A stretch of DNA of 64,000 nucleotides from Acidimicrobiia bacterium (GCA_013003395.1 JABDJC010000048.1:2615-66614); one strand, 5' to 3'. Shown: positions 1 through 9,493, counted from the stretch's first letter. Program-made: numbers and translations. Notes: generated from the letters alone by a model not told the origin.

Positions 1-9
1 CGTCGGCGC

Positions 10-579
10 GTGACCTGGATGTTGTTCGTTTTGGGCGTCGGGCTGGTCGTCGCTCTGATCCGCGGCGGCAAGCTTCGAAATCTCTCTGAGCTCCACTTAC
101 GAGCCGGATGGCTTCTCTTCGTGGGTTTCGGATTGCAGATCGGCGCAGAATTCGTGCCAGACACCGAATCGTGGAGCGGGACAGCGTCTATTGGCCTGAT
201 ACTGGCCTCGTATGTGGCGCTCCTGATCGTCGCTTGGGTCAATAGGGCGCTCCGCGGTATGTGGCTGGCGGGTCTGGGGGTCGCCATGAACTTCACGGTC
301 ATTTCGCTCAATGGAGGGATGCCGGTGTCTCGCGAGGCTTCGATCCTTGCCGGAGGTAGCGGGAATCTGACGCTGGACGCGAAACACACGCTGCTCGACG
401 TCGACAGCGTCCTGCCGTTTCTCGCCGACATCATTCCGGTTCCTGGCAGTGTCATCTCGCTCGGCGACGTCCTGCTGGCGATCGGTTTTGCCGTCTACCT
501 CTCCTACGAGCTTCGCCAGGGTCCGACGCTGTTCCGACACAAGATCACTGGCGAGCCTGGATCAGCGCGCCGCACCTGA
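10..579 (+). CDS. hypothetical integral membrane protein (about 4 predicted TM helices); the frame is open to the window start, so the gene may be 5'-partial
   Basis: GTG at 10 and ATG at 19 are candidate starts. Hydrophobic helices LFVLGVGLVVALI, WLLFVGFGLQIGA, IGLILASYVALLIVAWV and LLAIGFAVYL are visible. No catalytic motif is recognisable. The gene is convergent with the HD-GYP genes. Confidence 0.45.
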   Translation: MTWMLFVLGVGLVVALIRGGKLRNLSELHLRAGWLLFVGFGLQIGAEFVPDTESWSGTASIGLILASYVALLIVAWVNRALRGMWLAGLGVAMNFTVISLNGGMPVSREASILAGGSGNLTLDAKHTLLDVDSVLPFLADIIPVPGSVISLGDVLLAIGFAVYLSYELRQGPTLFRHKITGEPGSARRT

Positions 580-582
580 CGC

Positions 583-1887
583 TCAAGCGGCGACAACACC
601 GTGGTGAACGAGAACACGTCGCAGCGAGGCGATGATCGAAGGGTCGTATTCGTAGGCCGAACCCCGGTGCAATTGCTCGAGCGCCTCGATCGGAGGGAGC
701 CCCCGATCGTGGACACCACGGTCGTACTCGCTCGTGATCTTGATGATCTTCGAAGGGATCGGGAGCGACTCGTCCTTCTCGACTCCCGGCTGTCGGTAGG
801 GCGCATATTGCTGGCGCACCATGTCGGCAGCGCGCTCGAGGTACGGCGCTTCCGAGATGATCTGGGCACCCCATCGGGCAATGTCGTCTGACGTGTAACC
901 GGCGCGGATGATGGCGGGCTCGTTGAGCGTCACCCGACCGATGTCGTGCATCAGGGCGGCGTATTCGAGTTCCTCGACCTCTTCAGGATTCAGGCCCAGC
1001 TCCCGGCCGACGGACGTTGCGAGCTTTGCAGTTCTCACGGCATGGCCGTCAGGAGTCAGGTCCGCAACCTCGGGAATGCGGGCCAACGCCCTGATCATCT
1101 GTCGGTAGGTGGTGCGCGTCAGGTCGTACCGCATGAAGGCAAGGTGGGTGAATGCGTACGGCAACAGTGCCGCGGCGATAGACCAGCCGCCCATCTGAGG
1201 CCACGCAAGCCCCAACAAGGCACCTGAAGCGAACAGCGACAGCGCCACCGGCCAATCCTCGAGAGCCAAGAGCCACACATACCGAACGTCGAGTTGGTGC
1301 TCCTCCAGACCGATGAGCGCGTTCGCCGTTGCTCTCCCCAGGTACCACGCCATGGCACCGCCGGCGACCGATCCGAGGATGACGACATCCAACAGCGCGC
1401 CGGATCCGAGCAAGAGGTACTCGATGCCGAAGAATGCGACAACGAACAGGACCATCGCGATGGCCTCCGACACGAACCGGGTTCGTGCGCGGCGCCGCTC
1501 GCCGGTTCGTGCCACTGACACGATCCAGGCGCCGGCCAGGCCGAAGGCGGTGACTGCACTGGTGCCGTAGAGGTCAGGCATTCCGATGCCGCTTCCGAGC
1601 AGCAGCGGGGTCGCGGCTGCCATGCCGACTCCGAGAAACACCCGATCTCCACTGGGCGCCGGCACCGCGATGAGCTGCGCCAGGGTTATGAGCGTTGCGA
1701 GCACCAAGATCTGAACCAATCCGGTGCGGGCAGAGAGTGTCATGAGCGAACCGACGCCGACGAGGGCAATGAAGGTTGCAGCTCCGAGTCGCATCATGTG
1801 GCGATCAGCCATGTACGGCCAACTGTTCTGCAAGACGTCGGGCTTCGTCCTCGGAAACGACATCAGTCGATCCGTATGTCTCCCCAA
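583..1887 (-). CDS. membrane-anchored HD-domain (HD-GYP-like) phosphohydrolase
   Basis: N-terminal multi-TM domain followed by an HD motif (LEYAALMHDIGRVTL). The maximal ORF start at 1887 overlaps the upstream gene by 83 nt, so the real start is more likely an in-frame ATG at about 1812 or 1800. Confidence 0.7.
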   Translation of the reverse strand: MGRHTDRLMSFPRTKPDVLQNSWPYMADRHMMRLGAATFIALVGVGSLMTLSARTGLVQILVLATLITLAQLIAVPAPSGDRVFLGVGMAAATPLLLGSGIGMPDLYGTSAVTAFGLAGAWIVSVARTGERRRARTRFVSEAIAMVLFVVAFFGIEYLLLGSGALLDVVILGSVAGGAMAWYLGRATANALIGLEEHQLDVRYVWLLALEDWPVALSLFASGALLGLAWPQMGGWSIAAALLPYAFTHLAFMRYDLTRTTYRQMIRALARIPEVADLTPDGHAVRTAKLATSVGRELGLNPEEVEELEYAALMHDIGRVTLNEPAIIRAGYTSDDIARWGAQIISEAPYLERAADMVRQQYAPYRQPGVEKDESLPIPSKIIKITSEYDRGVHDRGLPPIEALEQLHRGSAYEYDPSIIASLRRVLVHHGVVAA

Positions 1888-3145
1888 GTCGTAGAAGCGC
1901 TGAAGCCAGCGCTTCTACGGCGATCGGATCGAACTGCGACCCGGCGTTCCGCCGAAGCTCCGACAAGGCGTACTCCTGGGTGAGGGCAACTCGATACGAC
2001 CGCGTGCTCGTCATCGCATCGAACGAGTCCGCAACAGCCAGGATGCACGCTTCGAGTTCGGGCGTGTCGCCGTGGTTGTGATTCGAACCGTGGTAGCCGT
2101 TGCCGTCGTAGTGCACGTGGTGGTTCGAAGCTATTTCCACCATCGGAGCGAGGAACTCGACCTCGGCCAGCAAGTCCTCGACGAGGTGGACGTGCCTCTG
2201 CATCTGCTCGTATTCCTTGGCATCGAGTTTCGCCCGCTTGGTGATGAGCTCGCGCGGCACCGCCAACTTGCCGACGTCGTGTATCAATGCAGCCCAACGA
2301 AGACGCTCGAGCTGCGTGCCATTGAAACCGAGCTCTTCTCCGATGACCGTCGAGAAGTGTGCCACCCGCTCGGTGTGCCCTCTGGTGTACAAGTCCTTCG
2401 CTTCCAACGCCTTGATGAACCCGCGCAACGTCGACTCCTGCGCTTCGCGTAGTGCCGAATACGACGACAACATGAGGTGACCAACGAAGAACACGACGAA
2501 GATGAGCGGGAGGCTCGCTGCGCCGATCGCGAGGTAAGCCGCGCCCAGGAGGCTGCCCAGAACTCCCATCCCGAGATACGACAAGAAGAACTGCCCGAGA
2601 TTCGACCAGGGCTTGATGTCGGTCTTGCCGTAGACCATCCGCACGGCGTATTGAACCAACGTGAGATTGACGAGGTAGAACGCCGCGACGCTCGGCACCG
2701 TGCCGAGCACTATCAGCCAAAGGTCGTCCGGCGTGACCGGCCCGTTCGGGAGAAACAGCTCGAACAGCGACAATCCGACAGTTGCGCTGAGCGCCAGTTG
2801 GCAGGCGTTGGCGAACGGCTGGAAGAAACGGCGGGCCTTGATATCCGCCGGAGTGAGCGGACTGAGCAGCTCCATTGCCACGACGCCGAGGACTGCCGCA
2901 CCACGACCAAAGACCACAGCAGCAGTGAAGGCGATCATGATCGAGGGGCTCCATATGAGACGATCGTTGGCTTCGGTGGCTCGCCACTCGAAAAGGATCA
3001 TCGCCCCGGCAAAGGACGCCCACAACCAGAACGGTTTGGGAAACGACTGCGTCAGGATCAAGGCAGAGATCGATACGCCTGCCACCACGGCAAACTGAAT
3101 CGCAACTCTACGTTTCGAAATGACCTGACCGTTCAGAACTTTCAC
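1805..3145 (-). CDS. 7TM-receptor domain fused to an HD-GYP phosphohydrolase (cyclic-di-GMP phosphodiesterase family)
   Basis: N-terminal 7-TM-like domain. C-terminal HD-GYP signature: HTERVAHFS...AALIHDVGKLAVP...HHVHYDGNGYHG. Confidence 0.8.
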   Translation of the reverse strand: MKVLNGQVISKRRVAIQFAVVAGVSISALILTQSFPKPFWLWASFAGAMILFEWRATEANDRLIWSPSIMIAFTAAVVFGRGAAVLGVVAMELLSPLTPADIKARRFFQPFANACQLALSATVGLSLFELFLPNGPVTPDDLWLIVLGTVPSVAAFYLVNLTLVQYAVRMVYGKTDIKPWSNLGQFFLSYLGMGVLGSLLGAAYLAIGAASLPLIFVVFFVGHLMLSSYSALREAQESTLRGFIKALEAKDLYTRGHTERVAHFSTVIGEELGFNGTQLERLRWAALIHDVGKLAVPRELITKRAKLDAKEYEQMQRHVHLVEDLLAEVEFLAPMVEIASNHHVHYDGNGYHGSNHNHGDTPELEACILAVADSFDAMTSTRSYRVALTQEYALSELRRNAGSQFDPIAVEALASALLRLGETYGSTDVVSEDEARRLAEQLAVHG

Positions 3146-3806
3146 CTTCCGCCACTGTGTACGACAACGGAGATGACCAGACCTAACGCGCGCGCTCGAA
3201 AAATATCGAGAAAAATGAAAGCCGCACGAATGCGGTTGGCGCTGATGGGGAAGTCAACATTGAGAGAGGGGCCCCGCGGAAGCCTTGTTCGATGTGTAGT
3301 ACGAGATCAACCGATCTTGAATTGTGCTGCGCCGCTCAAGAGAGCAGCGGCGATGCCACCGAGTGTCAAAACGAGCTTTGCGAGCCTGTTCCGCATGGAT
3401 TCTCATCCCCAAGTTGGTTCCTCAACACTGGTCTTCGCTAGTCGTGACCTGCGTTGGGTTTGGATCCGCTCCGCTGGGAATCGAATTTGGCGACCACGGG
3501 AGCCGCCCACTCTCATGCTCCGCTCTCCCTGGGGGGTTGAACAGAGCAAACCGTTCGTTGTCTAGATGCCCGGCTGCACGACGCTCATACCCGAGGACCC
3601 CAAAAAGAAAAGGGCCCTAAAGAGGAGCTCCACACAGCGTATGTCGGTCACTCCCCTAAGCAACCCAGACGTAACATACGTCACTGTGCATGTTCGTGCA
3701 AGGACTTTCTGTAGCAATGCCCCATATGCGAATTCGGCACCATGCCTCACGATCGGCCTGACTACGCTACGCGGCGTACTGATCGAAAAGGGGGGCCGTC
3801 GCAGAG

Positions 3807-4442
3807 ATGAGCACCGTGAATTTGCACGAACTGGAAGAGACGTTGACTCGGTTGGAGTCGATCGATGCCGTCCGCGTCGTCGGCGCCGGCGACGACATCA
3901 AAGAGATCCACGTTCTTGCTGCTCAGGCACGCAGCCCCAAACAGGTCGTTCGGGATGTGCAGTCGTTGGCCATGGCTCGGTTCGGCGTCAACATCGACCG
4001 TCGCGTGGTGTCAGTGGTACAGATAGCTCCGGAAGTAATTCGGCAGAACACGAGCGAACGCCCCGGATTTGCCGGCATCACCGAGTCGACTGACGGCAGC
4101 AGAGTCACTGTGACCGTCGGGTTGCGGTTTCATGATGAAGACTTCACCGGTACCGCTACTGGCCCTGGCGTGTCTTCGGCGAAACAGCGACTCGTGGGCG
4201 AGGCGACTCTGCAGGCCGTTGCCGACCTACTCGACGACGATGCCCCGCCACTCGCGCTCGACGCCGTCGGGACCGCGCCCGTCGGGATGAGGATGGTGAC
4301 CATCGCCGTCATCGTGGGAGCTCGCGGTTTGGAGGAGGAGATCTCGGTCGGATCGGCCCTGACCGATGACGACGACAACGAGGCAACCGTGCGGGCTGTC
4401 CTCGATGCGCTGAACCGGCGGCTCGCCGGTTTCCGCCGCTGA
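3807..4442 (+). CDS. hypothetical protein with an internal duplication of an approximately 60-aa module; translationally coupled to ggt
   Basis: ATG at 3807. Two similar modules are present (IDAVRVVGAGDDIKEIHVLAAQ...VNIDRRVVSV and LDAVGTAPVGMRMVTIAVIVGARG...). The stop lies 1 nt before the ggt start. No family assignment is possible from sequence alone. Confidence 0.45.
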   Translation: MSTVNLHELEETLTRLESIDAVRVVGAGDDIKEIHVLAAQARSPKQVVRDVQSLAMARFGVNIDRRVVSVVQIAPEVIRQNTSERPGFAGITESTDGSRVTVTVGLRFHDEDFTGTATGPGVSSAKQRLVGEATLQAVADLLDDDAPPLALDAVGTAPVGMRMVTIAVIVGARGLEEEISVGSALTDDDDNEATVRAVLDALNRRLAGFRR

Positions 4443-4443
4443 C

Positions 4444-6024
4444 GTGCCTGCGCGGCTAGCTGTCGGCCGAGACGTGGCGGTCACTGCCCACCACCTCGCA
4501 ACAGACTGCGCTCTCCAGATCCTCGATTCAGGCGGCAACGCGGTCGACGCCGCAGTCGCCGCCAACGCTGTCCTCGCAGTGGTCGCTCCCGAGACCTGTG
4601 GCGTCGGAGGAGACCTGTTCGCCCTGGTCCACGAACCCGGCTCGACGATCCCCTCCGCGCTCAACGCTTCGGGCCGAGCCGGGTCCGGGGCTGATGCAAG
4701 CGCTTTGAGGCGCAAAGGGCTCGACGACCTTCCACTCCGAAGCCCCCACACCATCACCGTGCCTGGCTGTATCGACGGGTGGGCGGCATTGCTGGATCGG
4801 TTCGGAACCAGAACACTCGGAGAAGCGCTTGGGCCGTCGGTCGAAGCGGCGAAGAATGGCTTCGCCGTGAGTCCGGAACTCGAGAACGCGCTCCAGCGCA
4901 TGAAGCCGACGATGATCACCCAGGGTTCGGCGCCGGACCTGTATCCGAGTGGCCGGGTGCCGGCGGCCGGCGAAGTCTTGTCGCGGCCCCTCCTCGCGAA
5001 AACGCTCGACGCCGTCGCCAACGATGGTCGACACGCCTTCTACTGCTCTGACGTGGCCACCGAGATCAGCCGACTCACGGAAGGGTGCATCTCTGCAGAA
5101 GACCTCGAGACCAACTCCGCTGATTGGATCGACCCGCTCGGTCTCACCGTCGGCGAACGAACGGGCTGGACCATTCCTCCGAACTCTCAGGGATACCTTG
5201 CCTTGGGAGCGTGGTGGATCTTCGATGCTCTGGGACCGCCCCGTGATCCACATGATCCTCAGTTCCACCACGCGGCAATCGAGGCATATCGAGCGATCGC
5301 ATGGGACCGTGACGAACTCGTGGCGGACGCAGATCACGCCCCGTTGTCGCCTGATGCACTCCTGGAGGCCTCGCGCCTGGCGGCACGCGCCAATTCGATT
5401 CGCAGTGATCGGCCGACACCGTGGCCCGACCCCGGCCCTACAGACGGTGGCACTACCTACTTGACGGTCCTCGACGCCAGCGGACTCGGCATCTCTCTCA
5501 TTCAATCGAACTTTCACGGGGTGGGAACCGGCCTGTCAGCCGGGACAACCGGCGTGTGGCTCCACAACCGCGGCGCCGGCTTCAACCTCATGGAGGGCCA
5601 TGCAAACGAACTGGCCCCTGGGAAGCGCCCGATGCACACGCTCTCGCCAACGTCTTGGACACGTGGAGACAGACTCGAGTTGTTGCTTGGTACCCGCGGC
5701 GGTCACCAACAGCCGCAACTACTCCTGCAAGCGCTTGCTGCGCTGTTTCACGCCAACCTGACGCCGGCCGAAGCTCAAGGGCTTCCGCGTTGGACCACAT
5801 CGGAATGGAAGCCGGCGACACGATCTCGAATACTCGTCGAAGATGGTTTCGAGGCAGCGTCGGCGCTGTCCGCGATGGGTCACGACGTCGATCCGGAACC
5901 CAAGGGCCGCCAGGGCGGCTGGGGACCGATATCACTGATTCGTGTCGGCGACGATGGGATGGCCACGGGAGCTGCCGATCCGAGGGTGTCGACATCGTCA
6001 GCAAGATCGCGAAAGTCCACGTAA
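4444..6024 (+). CDS. ggt: gamma-glutamyltranspeptidase
   Basis: Ntn-hydrolase GGT motifs are present: the N-terminus VGGDLFALVHE, the autoprocessing/catalytic Thr region GGTTYLTVLDASGLGISLIQSNFHGVGTGL, and the C-terminal GAADPR. Confidence 0.85.
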   Translation: MPARLAVGRDVAVTAHHLATDCALQILDSGGNAVDAAVAANAVLAVVAPETCGVGGDLFALVHEPGSTIPSALNASGRAGSGADASALRRKGLDDLPLRSPHTITVPGCIDGWAALLDRFGTRTLGEALGPSVEAAKNGFAVSPELENALQRMKPTMITQGSAPDLYPSGRVPAAGEVLSRPLLAKTLDAVANDGRHAFYCSDVATEISRLTEGCISAEDLETNSADWIDPLGLTVGERTGWTIPPNSQGYLALGAWWIFDALGPPRDPHDPQFHHAAIEAYRAIAWDRDELVADADHAPLSPDALLEASRLAARANSIRSDRPTPWPDPGPTDGGTTYLTVLDASGLGISLIQSNFHGVGTGLSAGTTGVWLHNRGAGFNLMEGHANELAPGKRPMHTLSPTSWTRGDRLELLLGTRGGHQQPQLLLQALAALFHANLTPAEAQGLPRWTTSEWKPATRSRILVEDGFEAASALSAMGHDVDPEPKGRQGGWGPISLIRVGDDGMATGAADPRVSTSSARSRKST

Positions 6025-6916
6025 CCGGCTTGCGACAAGGTTTCGTGTTCCCCTACCCTCACGAACCGATCCGAGGCGGCCTCGCTGGCCTGCTGTACCG
6101 GAAGGACCCGTTCTGCGCCCCCGTACCCGCTATACCGCTCTGGCCGTCTTGGCCATCACCGTTGCCTTCTTCGCAAGCTTCGCCGCGTTCTCGACCGACG
6201 ATGCCACAACAGCCGACGTGGACGACACCGTCACGATCAGCAAGGAGCTGCGTGCCCGGGTGAGCGCAGCCGTGCTGGCTGAACGCCTTGGACCGGTCGT
6301 CACGGCGGCTCCGGCGGCCCTGCCTGCAACGACGGTGCCCGACGACGTCGCGCCTTTCGTGTCCGTAGACAAGTCGGCGGCGCCTGATGCGCTCGACACC
6401 GTTGATGCTTCTGCCGTCGCCTCGACAGCTCCCGTCGCCACGACAACCACCACTGCGGCCCCAGTCACCACGACGACGGCAGCTCCGGCGACGACGACCA
6501 CCCACACTCATGCGCCGACGACCACCACGACCGCGGCGCCGGCGCCGCCCCCAACGACGACCACGACGGCCCCTCCGGCAGCTGAGCCTCCGGTCGAAGG
6601 TGGCGAGCGAGACGTCGAGTACTGGCGCCCACTCGTCACGGCCTATTTCCCCGCCGATCTTGTGGAGGAGGCGCTGAGTGTCATCGACTGCGAAAGCAAC
6701 GGCGACCCTCTTGCCCTCAACCCCAGTTCCGGTGCTGCCGGTCTGTTCCAGTTCATTCCGTCGACCTGGAGCTGGGCGTCGGACTTCGCCGGCTGGTCGG
6801 GGGCGAACGTGTTCGATCCTGAAGCGAACATCGCCTCTGCTGCGTGGCTCGTCGTCGACTCCATCAACGGTGGACACTCCGGCGGCGCTTGGGGTCACTG
6901 GACGTGCAAACCCTGA
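5942..6916 (+). CDS. secreted/membrane-anchored protein with a Thr/Pro/Ala-rich linker and a C-terminal transglycosylase-like (SLT/lytic transglycosylase-like) domain
   Basis: C-terminal domain: VIDCESNGDPLALNPSSGAAGLFQFIPSTWSWA...AASAAWL. A low-complexity ACC/ACG codon tract (poly-Thr/Ala/Pro) lies at about 6430-6600. Signal-anchor-like segment: RTRYTALAVLAITVAFFASFAAF. The start is uncertain. ATG at 5942 or 5954 overlaps ggt by 83 nt, and no canonical start exists after the ggt stop. Confidence 0.6.
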   Translation: MSATMGWPRELPIRGCRHRQQDRESPRNRLATRFRVPLPSRTDPRRPRWPAVPEGPVLRPRTRYTALAVLAITVAFFASFAAFSTDDATTADVDDTVTISKELRARVSAAVLAERLGPVVTAAPAALPATTVPDDVAPFVSVDKSAAPDALDTVDASAVASTAPVATTTTTAAPVTTTTAAPATTTTHTHAPTTTTTAAPAPPPTTTTTAPPAAEPPVEGGERDVEYWRPLVTAYFPADLVEEALSVIDCESNGDPLALNPSSGAAGLFQFIPSTWSWASDFAGWSGANVFDPEANIASAAWLVVDSINGGHSGGAWGHWTCKP

Positions 6917-6945
6917 TCAATTCGCCTGGGTAGGATCACCAACTG

Positions 6946-7317
6946 ATGAAGAAGCTCTTCCGACTCCTCCTTACCATCGGCTTGTTGAGCGCTGCCGCAT
7001 ATTTGGTTCGCTACAAGCTGCTCCCTCCTGCCCAACCGGTAGCCATCCCGCCACCGCAGTTCCGCCGCCCGGTGACATCAGACGGAACTCCCAGCTCGAC
7101 GGTCACAGCACCCGGTCAGCGGGAAGACGAGCCGGTTGACGATCTGAAAGTTGTCAAAGGCATCGGTCCCGTCTTCGAACAGCGGCTCAATGATGCGGGC
7201 ATTGCGAGTCTCGGCGGTCTGGTGCGCAGCGACGCGGCCACCGTTGCCGAACAGCTCGAGGTTTCCGAGGCGCAGGTTGCCGACTGGATCCGCCAAGCTC
7301 GTGGATTGGTCTACTGA
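6946..7317 (+). CDS. small N-terminally membrane-anchored protein with a helix-hairpin-helix DNA-binding-type motif
   Basis: N-terminal TM helix LLLTIGLLSAAAYLV. HhH-like motif LKVVKGIGPVFEQRLNDAGIASLGGL. The gene sits immediately upstream of rlmN and overlaps its start. Confidence 0.5.
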   Translation: MKKLFRLLLTIGLLSAAAYLVRYKLLPPAQPVAIPPPQFRRPVTSDGTPSSTVTAPGQREDEPVDDLKVVKGIGPVFEQRLNDAGIASLGGLVRSDAATVAEQLEVSEAQVADWIRQARGLVY

Positions 7318-8440
7318 GCAACGGCGTACCATTGCCGGCGTGACTTACCTCGTACCTCCTGAAGAACTCGATTCGGTCGTTGGCGATGGCCCGCGATACC
7401 GCGTCGACCAGCTCCGCGACTGGTTGTACCGGACACCGGTGCTGACGGCCGACGAAATGACGAACCTCCCTCTTGGATTTCGGACGACCATCGCCGACAC
7501 GCTGTGGCCATTCGACGTCGAAGTCGAGCAAACCGCGGATCGCGGATCGACCATCAAGTGGCTGTTCAGAACACCGAGCGGTGCTTCGATCGAGGCCGTG
7601 CTCATGGGATACGAAAAGCGAACAACGCTGTGCATCTCGAGCCAGGCCGGTTGCGCCATGGCGTGCACGTTCTGCGCAACTGGTCAATTTGGTTTCGAAC
7701 GCCACCTGGATGCCGGCGAGATCGTCGCACAAGTCGCCTACGCCAACGCGCATCTCAGGAAGGCGCCGATGCCGAGATCGCCTGACCACGTCACGAATGT
7801 CGTATTCATGGGTATGGGTGAGCCCCTGGCGAACTATCCCCACGTGCGCGAGTCCATCCGACGCATGATCGAGACGATGGGGATGTCAGCGAGATCGCTG
7901 ACGGTTTCAACGGTTGGTGCGGTGCCCGGAATGCGCAAACTGGCTGAGGAGCCGTGGAACGTCAACCTCGCAGTGAGTCTGCACGCAGCCGATGATGACC
8001 TGCGTAGCAAATTGGTTCCACTCAACAAGCGATATCCGCTCCGCGACGTTGTAGACGCAGCGGACAACTACTTCAGGACCACGGGCCGACGCGTGTCGAT
8101 CGAATGGACGCTCATGGCGGGCACCAACGACTCGCCCGACCAGGCTCGGAAGTTGGCTGCCATCGCCAGGGAGCTGCATGCACACGTCAACCTGATAGCG
8201 ATGAACGTAACGCCGCTGAGCGACGAACGACCTCCAGAGCCAGCTCGCACTCGAGCGTTCTTGTCACAGTTGCGCGACGCCGGCGTGAACGCCACGGTGC
8301 GCGACACCAGAGGCCGCGAGATCGATGCCGCCTGTGGGCAGCTGCGGGTCCGCGACGCCGCCGACGTCCCTGACTACCCGAAGATCACGGAGGCGGGCGG
8401 AATACTCACCTTGGATGAGGCCGGAGTAGGCGACGACTAG
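7301..8440 (+). CDS. rlmN: 23S rRNA (adenine2503-C2)-methyltransferase, radical SAM
   Basis: Radical-SAM cysteine triad CISSQAGCAMACTFCATGQ. N-terminal YRVDQLRDWLY matches RlmN. The GTG at 7301 is preferred over the maximal ORF start at 7151, which lies inside the upstream gene. Confidence 0.85.
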   Translation: MDWSTEQRRTIAGVTYLVPPEELDSVVGDGPRYRVDQLRDWLYRTPVLTADEMTNLPLGFRTTIADTLWPFDVEVEQTADRGSTIKWLFRTPSGASIEAVLMGYEKRTTLCISSQAGCAMACTFCATGQFGFERHLDAGEIVAQVAYANAHLRKAPMPRSPDHVTNVVFMGMGEPLANYPHVRESIRRMIETMGMSARSLTVSTVGAVPGMRKLAEEPWNVNLAVSLHAADDDLRSKLVPLNKRYPLRDVVDAADNYFRTTGRRVSIEWTLMAGTNDSPDQARKLAAIARELHAHVNLIAMNVTPLSDERPPEPARTRAFLSQLRDAGVNATVRDTRGREIDAACGQLRVRDAADVPDYPKITEAGGILTLDEAGVGDD

Positions 8441-8531
8441 CAACTAGGTTGCCGCTGACAGAACCGCAGTGCTCAACAGCCAGTGCATTCGAACCGATGA
8501 GACCTGAACACGAGAAGACTTTGGGGGCGAA

Positions 8532-9425
8532 TTGAAACGGATCAAGAAGGCGGTGTTTCCCGTCGGTGGCTTGGGTACGAGATTTCTCCCAGCAACCAAG
8601 GCGATACCCAAGGAGATGCTGCCGGTAGTCGATCGCCCGCTCATTCAATACGGCGTCGAGGAAGCACGCGACAGCGGCATCGAAGAGTTCATCTTCGTGA
8701 CCGGCCGTAACAAGACCGCCATCGAAGACCAATTCGACACGAATTTCGAGCTCCAGCACACGCTGGCCTCGCGCGGAAAGACGGATGCGCTCGCCACACT
8801 CGAACAGTTACGGCTCGAGCCAGGTGCCGTCTCCTACGTTCGCCAGATGGAACCGCTGGGCCTGGGGCACGCCGTGTGGTGCGCTCGCAACCTCGTAGGC
8901 GACGAGCCATTCGCGGTACTTTTGGCGGACGATCTGATCCTCGGTGATCGACCCGCACTTGCCGAAATGATCGACGTGTACGACCAGCGCGGCGGAAACG
9001 TCATCGCGGTCATGGATGTTGCGACCGAACACACGTCGCGATACGGGATCGTCGACCCAGGATCTGACGACGGCCGCGTGGTGCAGGTGAACAACCTGGT
9101 TGAAAAGCCTGCGCCCGGAGACGCACCTTCGACCATTGCGGTCGTCGGCCGATACGTCCTCCAAAGCGAGGTGTTCGCTTTCCTTTCCGAAAAGCGCGAA
9201 GGAGCCGGCGGGGAGATCCAACTGACCGACGCATTGGCCAGGCTCGATAGTCCGTTCCACGGCATCCGCGTATCAGGGACGCGCTTCGACTGCGGGACCA
9301 AGGCTGGTTTTCTGGAAGCCAACCTCGCGTATGCGCTCGCCAGGGACGATATGCGCTCCGAGGTCTTCGAGGCGCTCGAACGCCTGGGTATCTCAGCAAC
9401 CTTTGTTCAACCAGAGGCTTCCTGA
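8532..9425 (+). CDS. galU: UTP--glucose-1-phosphate uridylyltransferase
   Basis: KAVFPVGGLGTRFLPATKAIPKEMLPVVDRPLIQYGVEEA is the canonical GalU N-terminus. Confidence 0.9.
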   Translation: MKRIKKAVFPVGGLGTRFLPATKAIPKEMLPVVDRPLIQYGVEEARDSGIEEFIFVTGRNKTAIEDQFDTNFELQHTLASRGKTDALATLEQLRLEPGAVSYVRQMEPLGLGHAVWCARNLVGDEPFAVLLADDLILGDRPALAEMIDVYDQRGGNVIAVMDVATEHTSRYGIVDPGSDDGRVVQVNNLVEKPAPGDAPSTIAVVGRYVLQSEVFAFLSEKREGAGGEIQLTDALARLDSPFHGIRVSGTRFDCGTKAGFLEANLAYALARDDMRSEVFEALERLGISATFVQPEAS

Positions 9426-9493
9426 CCGCTCCTGCGTCCAGGTCCTCCACGACATGCGGTACATTGCCTTTCGTGCGCTTCGAAAGGACAGCA

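Noticed and set aside
1863-3565. 386-aa and 362-aa ORFs (1863..3023 minus, 2477..3565 plus)
   Set aside because: They overlap the 7TM-HD-GYP gene in other frames or antisense. They have no motifs.
3566-4093. 175-aa plus-strand ORF in the long intergenic region
   Set aside because: It contains a poly-Arg run (RRRRRRRH) and runs antisense into the 3807 gene. It is not protein-like.
5960-6030. Possible +1 frameshift at the ggt C-terminus (ADPRSEG in another frame resembles the GGT DPRREG)
   Set aside because: The in-frame ending ADPR plus 12 aa is within the normal GGT C-terminal length. There is no need to invoke a frameshift.
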